Shown here one piece after another: positions 29,171 through 41,200 of a stretch of 64,000 nucleotides of DNA. The position numbers and the translations under genes are program-made. The notes below the pieces were generated by a model. That model ran no database searches and was not told where the DNA came from. It worked only from the letters and a program-made list of their open reading frames with translations. Each line of letters opens with the position of its first letter. Position 1 is the stretch's first letter. The DNA lies in assembly GCA_002633005.1 (NCBI GenBank), contig NMRA01000073.1, forward strand, positions 458,150 to 522,149. Reading direction: 5' to 3'. Origin of the DNA: Phoronis australis (taxonomy: Eukaryota > Animalia > Phoronida).

Positions 29171-29760
29171 GCCACTAAATGGCGAAAAACGTCAAATCCA
29201 TCCGAAAACAGAAACAAGTCATCACTTCTTTAAAGGAAGCTATTTACCAAATTTCATAAAAATCTGTCAAGGAACTTCAGCGAAACAAGCTTAAGGAAAA
29301 TGGAAAAAATAAAATAGCCACTAGAGGGCACAGCGTTTGTTGGATCTGCCTGAAAGTCATCGTTATCTGTTATTAGCTTCATACCTTTACTAAATTTAAT
29401 AAAGATCCTGCAATGGGTTTAAGAGATATATGTATGGGCGGAAAACAAAACAAAACTAGCACTAGGAGGCACCACAGTAGTCGAAGTTCAGTCACCGTCA
29501 ACCGTCCTCTTCACACTGAGAACATATACGCCAATTTTCAAAATCATCCTTAGAACGGTGCGGTTGATAGAGGGGTGGACGCCAAAAAACAGTAAAAATG
29601 ATCACTAGGTGGCACAAAAAACCTCGATTCCATCCGAAAACGAGAGGATACCGTCATCTCACCAATAGATGCTCATATTCCAAATTTTAAGAAAATCCGT
29701 TGAGGACCTTTGAAGATAGAGGTAAACTTAAAAACTAAATTGCCACTAGGGGGACACACC
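29171..29760 (+). repeat. Diverged tandem array with ~142-bp period (Helentron/HINE-like core repeats); each unit starts with a CCACTAGRKGGC-like motif
   Basis: Motifs at 29171, 29317, 29458, 29601 and 29742 (spacings 146, 141, 143, 141). Between motifs each unit has an (C)CAAATTT..AAA.ATC..GAGATA-like block. The family assignment is inference. Confidence 0.65.
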
Positions 29761-32252
29761 AGTAGTCATTTCTTGGGTCCTACATGATGACATCCACAAG
29801 TGGTGAAGTTTTGGCGCAAACAAAGTGCATTAGTGATTAGAGCATGAAAATAAGAGGAAAGTTTAATGCATTTTGGATGCATGCACAGCCCATATCATTA
29901 CAATTACTTTTGTGAAATAATTGACCTCTTTAGAACTGCCATGCCTTGGCAGAAGACTAGACCAAGTTTTTTTTCCAGTTCCAGTACCAAAGTGATCCTA
30001 GCATCTGTCATAACCACTGACTTCGAAGGTCAGTTTTGCAATTGCCAAGACTCAAAGTTCAATGGTTTTTTCAGAACCACCACTGAATTCGTAGTTTGTA
30101 CTTTTTTTGCAATTTACAAAATAAAAATAAAAATACAATTCAGAAATCGTAGCAATTGCAATGAGAAAACATACAACATACCCTTGCTGTGTTACACTCC
30201 ATGAAAATTGCACAGCAGATTTTTTCATCTAGTTCAAATGGACACCCCAACCCAGATTTAGACACCCTACCTAGGACGACCTCGTCAACATTTGCACTTG
30301 TTCAACATAAGTATTGGTGTCTCTTTTAACTTGCTAACAGCAGTGAGAGCTCATTATTCAGTCCGGAATAAAAAGTTAGTTAACATATGACGTACAACAT
30401 GAAATAAATTTATTGCAGAATGCAGACCCATGTCTTCACTGAGTACCATGGAACTTAAAACTGTAATTTCACTCAGGATCATAAAAATTGTAAAATTGGG
30501 AAACCCACTTTTAAACCTTAGTCCTATTTAGACGTCGTAGCTGTGACATAGGGCAAACTGACATACACAGGACGACCAGTATCAAGCGGCTGTTTACACA
30601 CACAACACAGAAACAGCGCCAAGGCGAAAGTTGTAGACACAGATGTGGATTGTACGCTCACGGTTACAAACGATGGAAATCATAGTTTACGTGGAGAAAA
30701 AGAAAGTGATGCATACTGGTATATTGAATATTTAGATGCAGAAAAACGGATAAATCAGCAACAGTCAAACTACAGAGGTAAAAGGCAAAGGAATTCAGTT
30801 GTAGGTATGGCCCAGAACAGATGATCAGAGCGCAAATTGCTCTACATCAAAACCTGGGGACAAAATTGACCCCAAGATGACAAATAGCTTGTGTCAGTTG
30901 CTACATGTCAACTTTTGTAGTATAAACGGCACTTTTAATGAGCCCTGGTGCACTACGAGTAGTTCATAATATTGGAATTATTAAAGCATTTTACCCATGT
31001 TGGAACTTTCTCTTTAATTATACAAAATGTTTTCTGTCCGTCACCTATCATTTTCATTTCGTTTTTCCCATCCACAACAAACGCCTAGACTGTTTGGTAT
31101 CCTTAGTGAAAGAGTACTGACATAGAATTGGCAGTATCAGCATCCCTAAGAGACAGATTTTTCAACAAACTGAAAGTGACATCAATTCACATAAACAGTT
31201 TATACTTACAGCATGCCTGAGCACTTATCCATAAAGGTTAAAGCTGGCATGTTTTCCATTGAGAGACTAACAGACACAAGATTGGCAAGGCTACTAGTAA
31301 CTCTACAGAACAAAGAGTTGAAAGCCCAAAACCCAAACCATCCAACTGGCACAGAAATTTTGAAAACCATGGCCAACTTCGGTCAGAGTAATACACAACA
31401 GCCCTCTCAAAAATCTTAAAACCTGAACACGCATTCAGGCAAAATCGTAACTAGAATTTGAACTGCAAATGAACAAAGAATATCAGATAGCCATAAACGT
31501 AAGCAAGTCATTTATGGTCTTCAAGTCCTTTCTACGACATTACAAAAACCAGGATAAAGGAGGTAGCTTTTGGATTCGGTTTTTTCAACCATCCATTTTT
31601 AAATTTCAGTTTCAGAATCAAGTACTTAACAAAGTACATTTCTGCAAATGCAACAAATCGGAAAGTCACCCACCCACTTTCATATGACATTAAAAAGAGT
31701 CAGGTAAATTGCAGTCATTGCATTTCCCTTGTTTCAGTATCAGATCTTCAGGGTTTCCAGGATCACCTTATCGTGAATGAAACTAACCAAACCAGTCACA
31801 GATTTAAACACAAAGGATCAGAAGGTTAAAGTACACTTTAGGGTAAATTGCTTTTAATGGGGTCAGTTTAAACATGCAGCAAATCCCATACATTATTTCA
31901 TGCCAGACCCTACCAAACAACATTTTTAAACAGTTTACTAGCATTTCCCATTAACTAAACACCACCTTTAAAAACAAAATTGTCCCGGCCAACATATCCC
32001 ACATAGCCATAACAACTCACAGCACAAAAATCCTTAATATTTAAGTTTTCCACAACACTTTGAACATGCTTTTGTCCAACCGACAATACATGAACATATT
32101 GTCTGCCAAAAGGTATGCCTGAAGTCAACAACATGAAACACCATAAAAGTCACAAAACCAGATTGTGGAATTTTGATAATGCGTAGACATCAAGAAAAAT
32201 CGAATCCTCAAGAACCTCTGTATAAAAAGGACAAGCAAGTGAGGGTACTTAC

Positions 32253-32278
32253 GGCACTTTCCTAAGTGTTTCGTACAT
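32253..32278 (-). CDS. ena: Candidate alternative first coding exon of Ena (MYETLRKV-P)
   Basis: gaa ATG TAC GAA ACA CTT AGG AAA GTG CC|gtaagt. Phase 2 with a consensus intronic donor. It is short, so a chance match cannot be excluded. Confidence 0.35.
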
Positions 32279-33775
32279 TTCAATTGACTGGCTCAGTTAG
32301 GAAACTGTAAGACAGACAGGTGACACAATGCAGCGTGTAAACAACAGTTGAATGATTCTCGAATCGATGAACGGTCTGCTGATGATCTAACAGTTTGTAC
32401 TGGTGACTTGTTCCTCTTGGTAATTCCTTCCACTTCTCGAAGAACAAAGCACGTACACATACAAATACTCCCCGAAGCTCTGTGGTATCAGTTCTAGCTG
32501 GTGTTCTTATTTACATAAGTGCTTCTTTTAGTATACAAATATGTACACTCTAGCTTGTTCTTCAAGTCAACAACACATGAAGATGCAAGAAATCCCCCCT
32601 AGCCTTTAAACCTCTCACAAAAGAAACAACTTCCCTGAGTCTAATTACACTCTAATTGTGAGAAAAAGTTTTCGAACTAAAACAGAGGAAGTCCCACAGC
32701 TCAAAGCGTGACCTCGCGTGTAATCTTGTCAACACAGGGAACAGTTAATTTCCTTCCTGTGTGCCGAGCAGATACTAGTGCCAAGTATATGTCACAACCA
32801 AGAAACACAGACTCCACAGCCTAGGGGAAAGACAGCTCCCACAAAGTAACTAAACCAGCTAGAGGTATAAAAAGACTGCCAGCTTTATCCACAGACGAGC
32901 CAAGCCACATGTAACCAGAGTCTACCCACTAGTGCTAGGCGATCAACATATCTCAGGCTTGAATAACAGACAGAGAGGCCTCTGGATGATAGAGTCATAA
33001 CATATGAGCAGTCAAGCAAGCATGAACCAGTTGATAACAGCTGACAAAAAGATGTAGCATATAGAGTGAACAGCAGGACAAGTGAGACAAGTGACTCAAG
33101 GTTAAAGTACGTAGACTACCATTGGCCGGATACTCTGACCTCACAACAATACCACAACAAGCCTATAATACACAGAAGCTGCTTATCTGAAATCAAACAC
33201 ATTAAGTAGGGGGCATTAATTCTCTCAATGCCCATAGAATATTTTTTCTCCCAGATTCAGATTCGGCAATATAGGAAATCAGGAATCTCAAAAGCACCTT
33301 TACAAAAAATCCTTCAGTTTTCTATTCATCAAAGGGGACTCGAATCTGCTAAAATTTTTGTGGTAACTTAGTCATATTGAGGTTTTATATCAATTGAGAG
33401 TGTGGGATGGGTTAACCAGTAAAATATCCGAATATGACACCAACAAACAATGAATGTATTCTATGAAAAGGTCTAGGCCATTTTTCTACGAATCCAGTAC
33501 TGGACATATATATGTATGACAGTGACACTGGAAAGGGCCAAGGGAAATACATTAATAAGATTACAAACAAGTAATAACTTTTAAACTTTGGCTACTGCTA
33601 GTGATGACAGAACCAGTTGTAATTTATCAACAACTTCAAAAGTGGCCTCTTCCCACTGAGTAATGTTGGCTACCAGAAGTGTGTGGATGCCATTGGTGAA
33701 GTTAACTTGACCTTTCCCATTGAAGTTATTACCTTCTGATGACAGGGTCCACAAATTTATTATACCACCCAATTA

Positions 33776-34566
33776 AAGCTGTTGCCACTGTAGCATGGCA
33801 TTACATAAACACCTTGCTGTTCAATCTACCAGATTACTATCCATGAACTAAGCATGTGCTTTTAACTTTGATCTAAGAGATCTACGACCAAAAATCTGAA
33901 CTGAAGCATCCCCACTGACTGATGCTCCCCTAAACTCCCAAGAAGTGTCCAAGTTAGTGAACAAGGGTCATAAATAAAGAGACCACAGCAACAGACCATG
34001 GTACTGTGATGCTCACTTGTATAAAGTCATATGACAATAATGCATGTGTAAAAGACAAGAAACTAAAACAGAATCAATGCTTTCAAAAAAAATCGTTTGA
34101 ACAAACCGAACGGTAATTCTAGTGGGCACGTTAGCTCCAACCCAAGTACTGTGGGGGAGGGGGGGGGGGGNAAGCTGTTGCCACTGTAGCATGGCATTAC
34201 ATAAACACCTTGCTGTTCAATCTACCAGATTACTATCCATGAACTAAGCATGTGCTTTTAACTTTGATCTAAGAGATCTACGACCAAAAATCTGAACTGA
34301 AGCATCCCCACTGACCGATGCTCCCCTAAACTCCCAAGAAGTGTCCAAGTTAGTGAACAAGGGTCATAAATAAAGAGACCACAGCAACAGACCATGGTAC
34401 TGTGATGCTCACTTGTATGAAGTTATACGACAATAATGCATGTGTAAAAGACAAGAAACTAAAACAGAATCAATGCTTTCAAAAAAAATCGTTTGAACAA
34501 ACCGAACGGTAATTCTAGTGGGCACGTTAGCTCCAACCCAAGTACTGTGGGGGAGGGGGGGGGGGG
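33776..34566. repeat. 395-bp direct tandem duplication joined by N at a poly-G tract (probable assembly artefact)
   Basis: 33776-34170 and 34172-34566 are near-identical (a few SNPs); both end in poly-G followed by N. Confidence 0.9.
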
Positions 34567-37500
34567 NNNNCGTACATGCTCCACACTCTGCCTATTACCT
34601 ATTAAGCTAATGTGATAAGGATGACATATCCCACCAAAGCTTGGGTGATATCTCTTTTCGCATAGGAAACGTGTTCTATGGATCAGAGTCTTGAACATAA
34701 TCACTTGGCAAATTCTCTGATAAAAACAGCTTTCATCTTTTAAATTACAAACTGATCGTTGAATCGGAACACAACAAATGATGTTTGAGACATCAGATTT
34801 GTTTCCCCCTAGCAGAAGTGGGACGTCCAATTTATAACCTGCCAGTAACACTGTGACGAACAGACGCCAGAATAAAACCTGGGTAGAGTTCAAGAATGTT
34901 AGGACCTTCGCGAGATTACACGAGATATAGCCGTGTATTTGAAATGTGAACACCAGATTTTGGCGAGATAATTCTAGCCGCGAGACAGCTACTGAACTCT
35001 ACCTCGGAGAACAATATATATAAACTAGCATTACTTCTGTTAACTGACAATAAGTATAGTTCGATAATCGCTTCTGCTACTAAGTGACAATATAATCAGA
35101 ACAGAAGATAGCCGTGGAGTTTTTCTGACAGTCTTTCGAGTCCCACGCACTTTAACATGCCTCTGAAATCTAAGAGATGTCCCGAAATAGGCTCACTAAT
35201 AAGTGTGGTGAAAACTTACCCATGGAATATATTACCCTATGTGGCATACATATTGTATCAATATACTGATTTCAGACAAAACCAATAGCCAAAAATGCCT
35301 TTTTTCATTTTCAAATGTTTCTCACATTGTTCCAAACATCCACACTTATTTGGCAGAAGCTGTGGAACAATCTTGAAGATGGACAGTCGTTTAAATTGCT
35401 ACTAGATACGTTTCATGGAAAAAATCATACACTAAAATTCCAGTTGTCGGACATACCGAGTCCTAAAGTGGTGAGATTTTACTAGACTTTAAAGCATTTA
35501 CCAGAGTAAGAGGAAGAACTTAGTTAAACATGTGTAACTTGCATCTAATTTTAAACTTGACACCAATGTATTTCTGCACAGGTGCCACAACTGCTCAGGT
35601 AACAAACCAACAGGATACATTATGAAAAACTGAAACAGGAGCTCCTAACCAGTATCTAGATGAACAAGTAGGGACGATGGTGCTGACATCTAAAGAGCTT
35701 TGAGAACACTAGGTTGGGTCAGCCACCAGCAAGACCACCATCAGGCAAACACAAGGCATAAGCCATAATGTGGTACACAGGGTTATCTAGTGTTGAGTAA
35801 CACTGTCAATTAACTTGAGAGCACACCATGTCATGTGACTTAAGTGCCCTCGACTACCAGTTACCCTTGGACAACTTACTCCTGGAATGATTTGTCGCCA
35901 GGCTCAGTAACAGCGTGGACGCTATTTGACACAAATGTGACAACATATCCACCTTAGGTAGGGTAACTTGTTCTAGCACAACTTGTCCTAGTATACCAGT
36001 AGACAAGGCATCAGTAATTACCAGCGGTGCAATTGCTCAGTTACACACAGGAGTGTTGAATCACTTTTGTGCAAAGTCGCAATGCAACGTATAGGCTGTG
36101 TTGTATGTATGGACACTCACTTTAAAGGGATGGGGGGACAAGTTGATCTAGGATATGTTGGTTTAGGGTAACTCCTTGTGTGGACATGACTCATAATTTC
36201 CAATAGTACTCACACTACAGAATAAAGTAATCACTGAGGTAATACAATTAAAAGACAACAGTAAACGCATGTCACTAAAGACCAGCCTAGTTATGAAACA
36301 TCTCAATACTGTTGAATTTTTGATGAAGGTGGGTTATAAAAAAGAACATATCACGCCAAGTAGTCTATCCCTAACCTGTAGGCCTTCCATTTTTACCATT
36401 TTAACAAAGTAAATATGCATAAATCAAAACTTATGCAAACTTTCCATGCTAGGGACTCAAGTAAAGCAAGTTGCCATTTTGAGGCTCTCTTATTTATAGC
36501 ACCACATCGATTTTGACGTAAAAGAGGTGACACAAACTGTATCATCCACAAAAGAACAAGTATTCCAGTTAAAACCAGATTTCGCCAGCAATCAAATCAA
36601 CTACCTAATACTGAAAGATTTTACTTCTCATTTTTGAGATGTGAAAAATCTACTTTAATTTACACTTATTTGTATAGCAGACAAATTATAGATGAAACTG
36701 GTTGCCCGAAAGTAAAACTGTGGAAAATTCTGAAATTTTTTTAACATGAGGCATTTATCCTGATGTGTACGAAGATATGTTTTCAAAATGCATGGACACA
36801 AATACAGGCTTTATCTATCTTTTTATCTGACTTCATTGAAAAGACCAATTGTTGACTAATGCAAGAAAGTGCAGTTTTCAAAACTAAGCAGAGAACTTTA
36901 CTGACAGGTCATTAAATCAAAAATCAACTTTTTGATTAGTCAGATTTAGTTGGGATCATTTCTCCAGAAACATATTGCTAAACAGAAGGCTGGAAATTGT
37001 GTAGGCATGGCCTACCAAATGCCTTGACATCAGGGTCTAGCTTTTTGGATTAGTACCTGGGCAGAGTTCATCAACTGTCTCACAGCAAGAAAAATCTAGC
37101 CAAAATCACATACTTTCATTGAAAATACACGGTGATATCATGTGGAAACTCGCGAGATCCTGTTTCTCTTGCGAGACACTAACGTCACTGAACTCTAGCC
37201 TGGTTATAGGCAGTCTGTACTAAACAGGTAACAGTAGATAATCTGTTATACACCTGGCATATGCTTTAAAAGCTTCTCTGATTGCATAGAATCATTATAA
37301 ATCAAAATGTCATAAATGTGAGGATTGCATTTTAAAGGCACTACAAAACATGCTATGGCTTCAAAGGCATCCATTTGTGTTCCAAGGCGTTCTTGCCCTT
37401 CCACAGCAACACTGTTGTGTTCTTATTCTTTGCTCCAGTAGAAATAGTTTACTAGTATCAGTACAGTAAATCACTTGGAATGTCCCAATGGCCACTCTCC

Positions 37501-37772
37501 CTCGGCAGCCCAAAATTAACAAACCATGAGAAGCTCAATGGGCCTGGTCTCAAGGAATCTTCCCACGCCTATAGTAATTCATGTACAATCTGAGTTCAGA
37601 ATAAGATCACAACAACTTTATAACTAGAAAGTGGTCTCAAATTAACCTTTATTTTTGTCGGCAAGGGTAAGGTTATTTCCCTTAACTGCACTAAGTTGAA
37701 AACGTTAAAATTCAATAACAAGACTGGGGAACCCAATATAATCACAATATGGCAGGAAAGAGGAAACAATAC

Positions 37773-38266
37773 CTGACTTTGGCTGTGTCCTTGATTTTCT
37801 TTTGCATCTCTGAAGTACCTATTGGCCATTCATTTGAGACAGGCGTTGTTACAATTGATGTGGAAAAACATGTTTCTTTATGGTGGAATGTCTGACTACG
37901 TGTCGGGCTGTTGGAGGATGCTGGTAGCCTATTGGGACTATGCGTCCGTGGGACAGTACCACAAGAGTAGCCAGGCTTCGTTTTAGGTTCCTTATCCGAC
38001 TGTGTGCACGCATACTTTCGTGACAGAGGATCACTGCGAGGATTCTTGGTGGAGGAACTGAATTCCGTAGTCAAGCTCGTATCACCGTGAAGACTTGCAG
38101 AAGTCTGTGCATGTGGCCAGTCTATGGCAGTCTCTTTGCTGGCGCCACGCTGAGAACTAGTGTCAAATGCCTTCTTGTACTGACCGACTGCAGTCAAGGC
38201 ATCAGAGGCGACATTCTGGACAGACTTTTTGCCGTTGTGGATGGCATACTTTCCAGAGCGGTTCAT
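37773..38266 (-). CDS. ena: Candidate alternative first coding exon of Ena (164-aa Ser/Thr/Pro/Lys-rich extension)
   Basis: Longest N-free ORF in the window (MNRSGKYAIHNG...KKIKDTAKV). An AG|gtattg donor in phase 2 lies 10 codons before the ORF stop; 494 nt = 164 codons + 2. GC-richer than the flanking DNA. Confidence 0.6.
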
Positions 38267-41200
38267 GCTGATGAAATACTACTTTAAAACATGAGTCAAG
38301 CAAGTCGTATCCTAAGTAAATAAATCAAGATACAATCGAGAACTCGAGCTGACGAATTCGGAAACAATCCATCAATATTAACCCTTGTCTGTAAATGATG
38401 GGATCTCAATCGAAAACGACTGCCAAGGAAACTTCAATGGTATCCAAGACACAGTTAATATCCGACATCAAAATGCTAGACTCCAATTGACATATTCCTA
38501 GAAGCAATTTACCAGGCGAAATCAAATTGCCGCTATGGATTTGCATGAATGAGAAACAGGCAACAAATCCAGAACCTCCACGGAAGCATGCAGTTGTACA
38601 ACCAGCAATTAAGGACACATAAGTTGAGGACTGGCAGCACGCTACAGCCAGCAAGTGACCACTCTATCTTCTACCAATCAATACTGTAGCCGATGGCAAA
38701 TCTGAGTTGTGATTATTGGCGATGAGTGATAAGACAGGAAGATGATTCCTTTCCTTCTGTCTCTTGAACTTTCAGCTAAAACGTCAATACGTCGACGGCA
38801 AAATGGCGACACACTGAAGACGTGATTTACCGTTAGACGGACACAGTTGCTCTTAAGTGAGATGTCAGGTCGACTTAACGGAAATGCGTTCAACACACTC
38901 AAAGTCAATAGTGATGACGACCTTCACCATTTAGGTGATGGCATCAATTATCACTAATTCTTATGCGCTTGGGATTCAAATATTGCGACGCATGTAACAG
39001 TGTAGCAGTAGCAAACACAATTCAGCCCTTTGGTCATGATCACAATGTAGTCTTTCAACACTTCCCAAAACAGGTGCAAACAAATTTGGTCACTCGGATA
39101 TTGATTACAAAAATAAAATTGCCAAAAACACAAGGAGGCAAGAGTTAGCTGTAGAGATTCGGATCAAAAAGTTTTAACGCACGCGACCCTGGTGTATTAC
39201 TTGTTGTGACGTTGTTCCGTTGTGAAGTTGTTCCGCTGCCATATTCAAATATATTGGCAGCGTTTATCATCAAGAAATGGCTTTCACAGCTTTCAAATCA
39301 GAGCTGGTTGATTTAAACAAAATACCACTTCTTCAAAGTAGAAAAACAGGAAAATGATAGGGTAAAATATCACAAATTTAGGACACCATAGAGTGGACAC
39401 CTGAAATATTATTTCTTTAAATTTTTCATAAAAGTCGAGTCGCACCAAATAAGTGCTTCTGTATAATAGCTGCCATAAAACAACGTTTTGAGAAATTTAT
39501 GGGCATTCACAGCAATGTCATAAGTTTTGATTTTTTTTTAAATTTTGGCAATTATATCTGCTTAAAATAGGTGAGATTTCATCATACCATTTGACCAATC
39601 TGAATCACTCCTTGAAATAACAATAACACTATAGGAAATACTATTTCCAGATGCAAAGAAAAAATAACGACCATCTTACGGAATCATAAAATTGAAAGTA
39701 TTGTACCAAGAGAAAAAGAGGACATACGCATCACTCTCACTTTTATCAAAAGTAATGTAAATGAACAATTCAGAAAAAAATGAAGGTCTAAGAATTCAAT
39801 TTTATAAAGCCTGATGAACAGCCCGGAGATAACCCACAACCCCTGTTGTACCAACAGGACGCTACGGTAATTAGATTTTTCTCTGTCACTCATTTCGCTC
39901 CATTAAGGAGATGGCAAATATGGCGAAGAAAAAGGACAGTAATTAACCAATAATACAAAATTGAATTATGCTCACTAAATCAACCTGCACAGTCTGCCAA
40001 GAGAGTACCACATATTCAGTATTATTTATGAACAAACCTCTGTTGGTGAAGAAATTACGCAATGGTCAACCAATGCCATGTAACAAGATCCAAAAATCCA
40101 AGCACGTCTATAGTCAGCTAATGTAAGATAATAGAACAATCATGAGTGAATACAGGTGGACCCACTTTTGGACCCTTGAGTGAGATTTCTAGCTATTCAA
40201 CTCAGTACATGTTGATAAATAAAAAAGGTTTCAGATATTTCGTTCAATGGGCCCGGTTGCGCAGGTCTGTTGCAATGGGCATCAGACCACATGCACTATT
40301 TCTTTTTTAATGGAGTGTGAGATTTTTGTATGTTAACTTGTACTTTTATGAATCGTGTTAAGCTAAAAGTATATTATTAAAGTAAAGGTAATCTTCAAAA
40401 TATTGGTGAGATCTGAGGTTACTTCAACTTCTATTTTTTCCTTCAGAACTGATTTGTTAAATCAAGCTATGCATTAACACACTCTACTTAAAAGATGAAT
40501 GTATGGGTTCAAAGCATTTGATAACCTCAAAGAATTTGATACCTTCTTATGTCTCATAGAATCATTCATCCGATCCCATGAATATTTCCTCTACCTCAGG
40601 CAAAACAAGAATCAATATTCAATTACTCAGAGACCACCAGGTGGCAGGCAAGGTCACTCTCAGACACATGGTATACTAAAAGCTAACTGGCAAAAATGCA
40701 CACCCTGGAACATCAATTGACATGCATCGTTTCCCAGTGGACAATGACTAATCAATATACATATGTAGAACTGATAAAAACCAGAAGAAAATGGTGCTCG
40801 CATAAATTTGGTTAGCCAGTTTCAACTTTTCCAGCTTAAAATATATCTAGGAATACTGACCATCTTAGAGACAGCTGATATTTTAACAAGTCTTAAAAGA
40901 CTTGCCAATTGTGGATGACCTTTGAAGAGTGTAGAAGAAATGTTTTCCTAGCATATGAACACAGTGAAGAAAAATAAAAATGAAAAATAAGTCGAAACCA
41001 ATTTGAGATTTTGAAAATGGCCCCATGTTTGAGTATGAATGGAGCCATGACTTCAATATTGTTGACTGAGACAACAGAAAGTTCAAGTCATTCAAGGCCT
41101 CATGACTTCGATACTGTTAATATTATCACTAGATCAAGATGGCTCCAACACAGTGCATGTCAATAACACCAATTTCTAATATCACGCGCTTCCCATTTAA

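Larger units (their letters stand above)
26045..29219. repeat. About 1.6-kb direct tandem duplication joined by a single N (probable haplotype or assembly artefact)
   Basis: 26045-27623 and 27625-29219 are near-identical, with scattered SNPs and indels in the first ~1 kb and apparent identity afterwards. N at 27624. Confidence 0.9.

Noticed and set aside
29171-29760. Regularly spaced motif array as a CRISPR-like locus
   Set aside because: Eukaryotic context, the motifs are not identical, the intervening sequences are homologous to each other, and there are no cas genes.
26045-34566. Tandem duplications (1.6 kb and 395 bp) as real segmental duplications
   Set aside because: Each pair is joined by a single N and differs at allele-like levels, which is typical of unmerged haplotype overlaps at contig ends. 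Half read depth would confirm this.
34459-34953. 164-aa minus-strand ORF
   Set aside because: Non-ATG start, runs through Ns and a poly-G tract into the duplicated block, and shows no recognisable domain.
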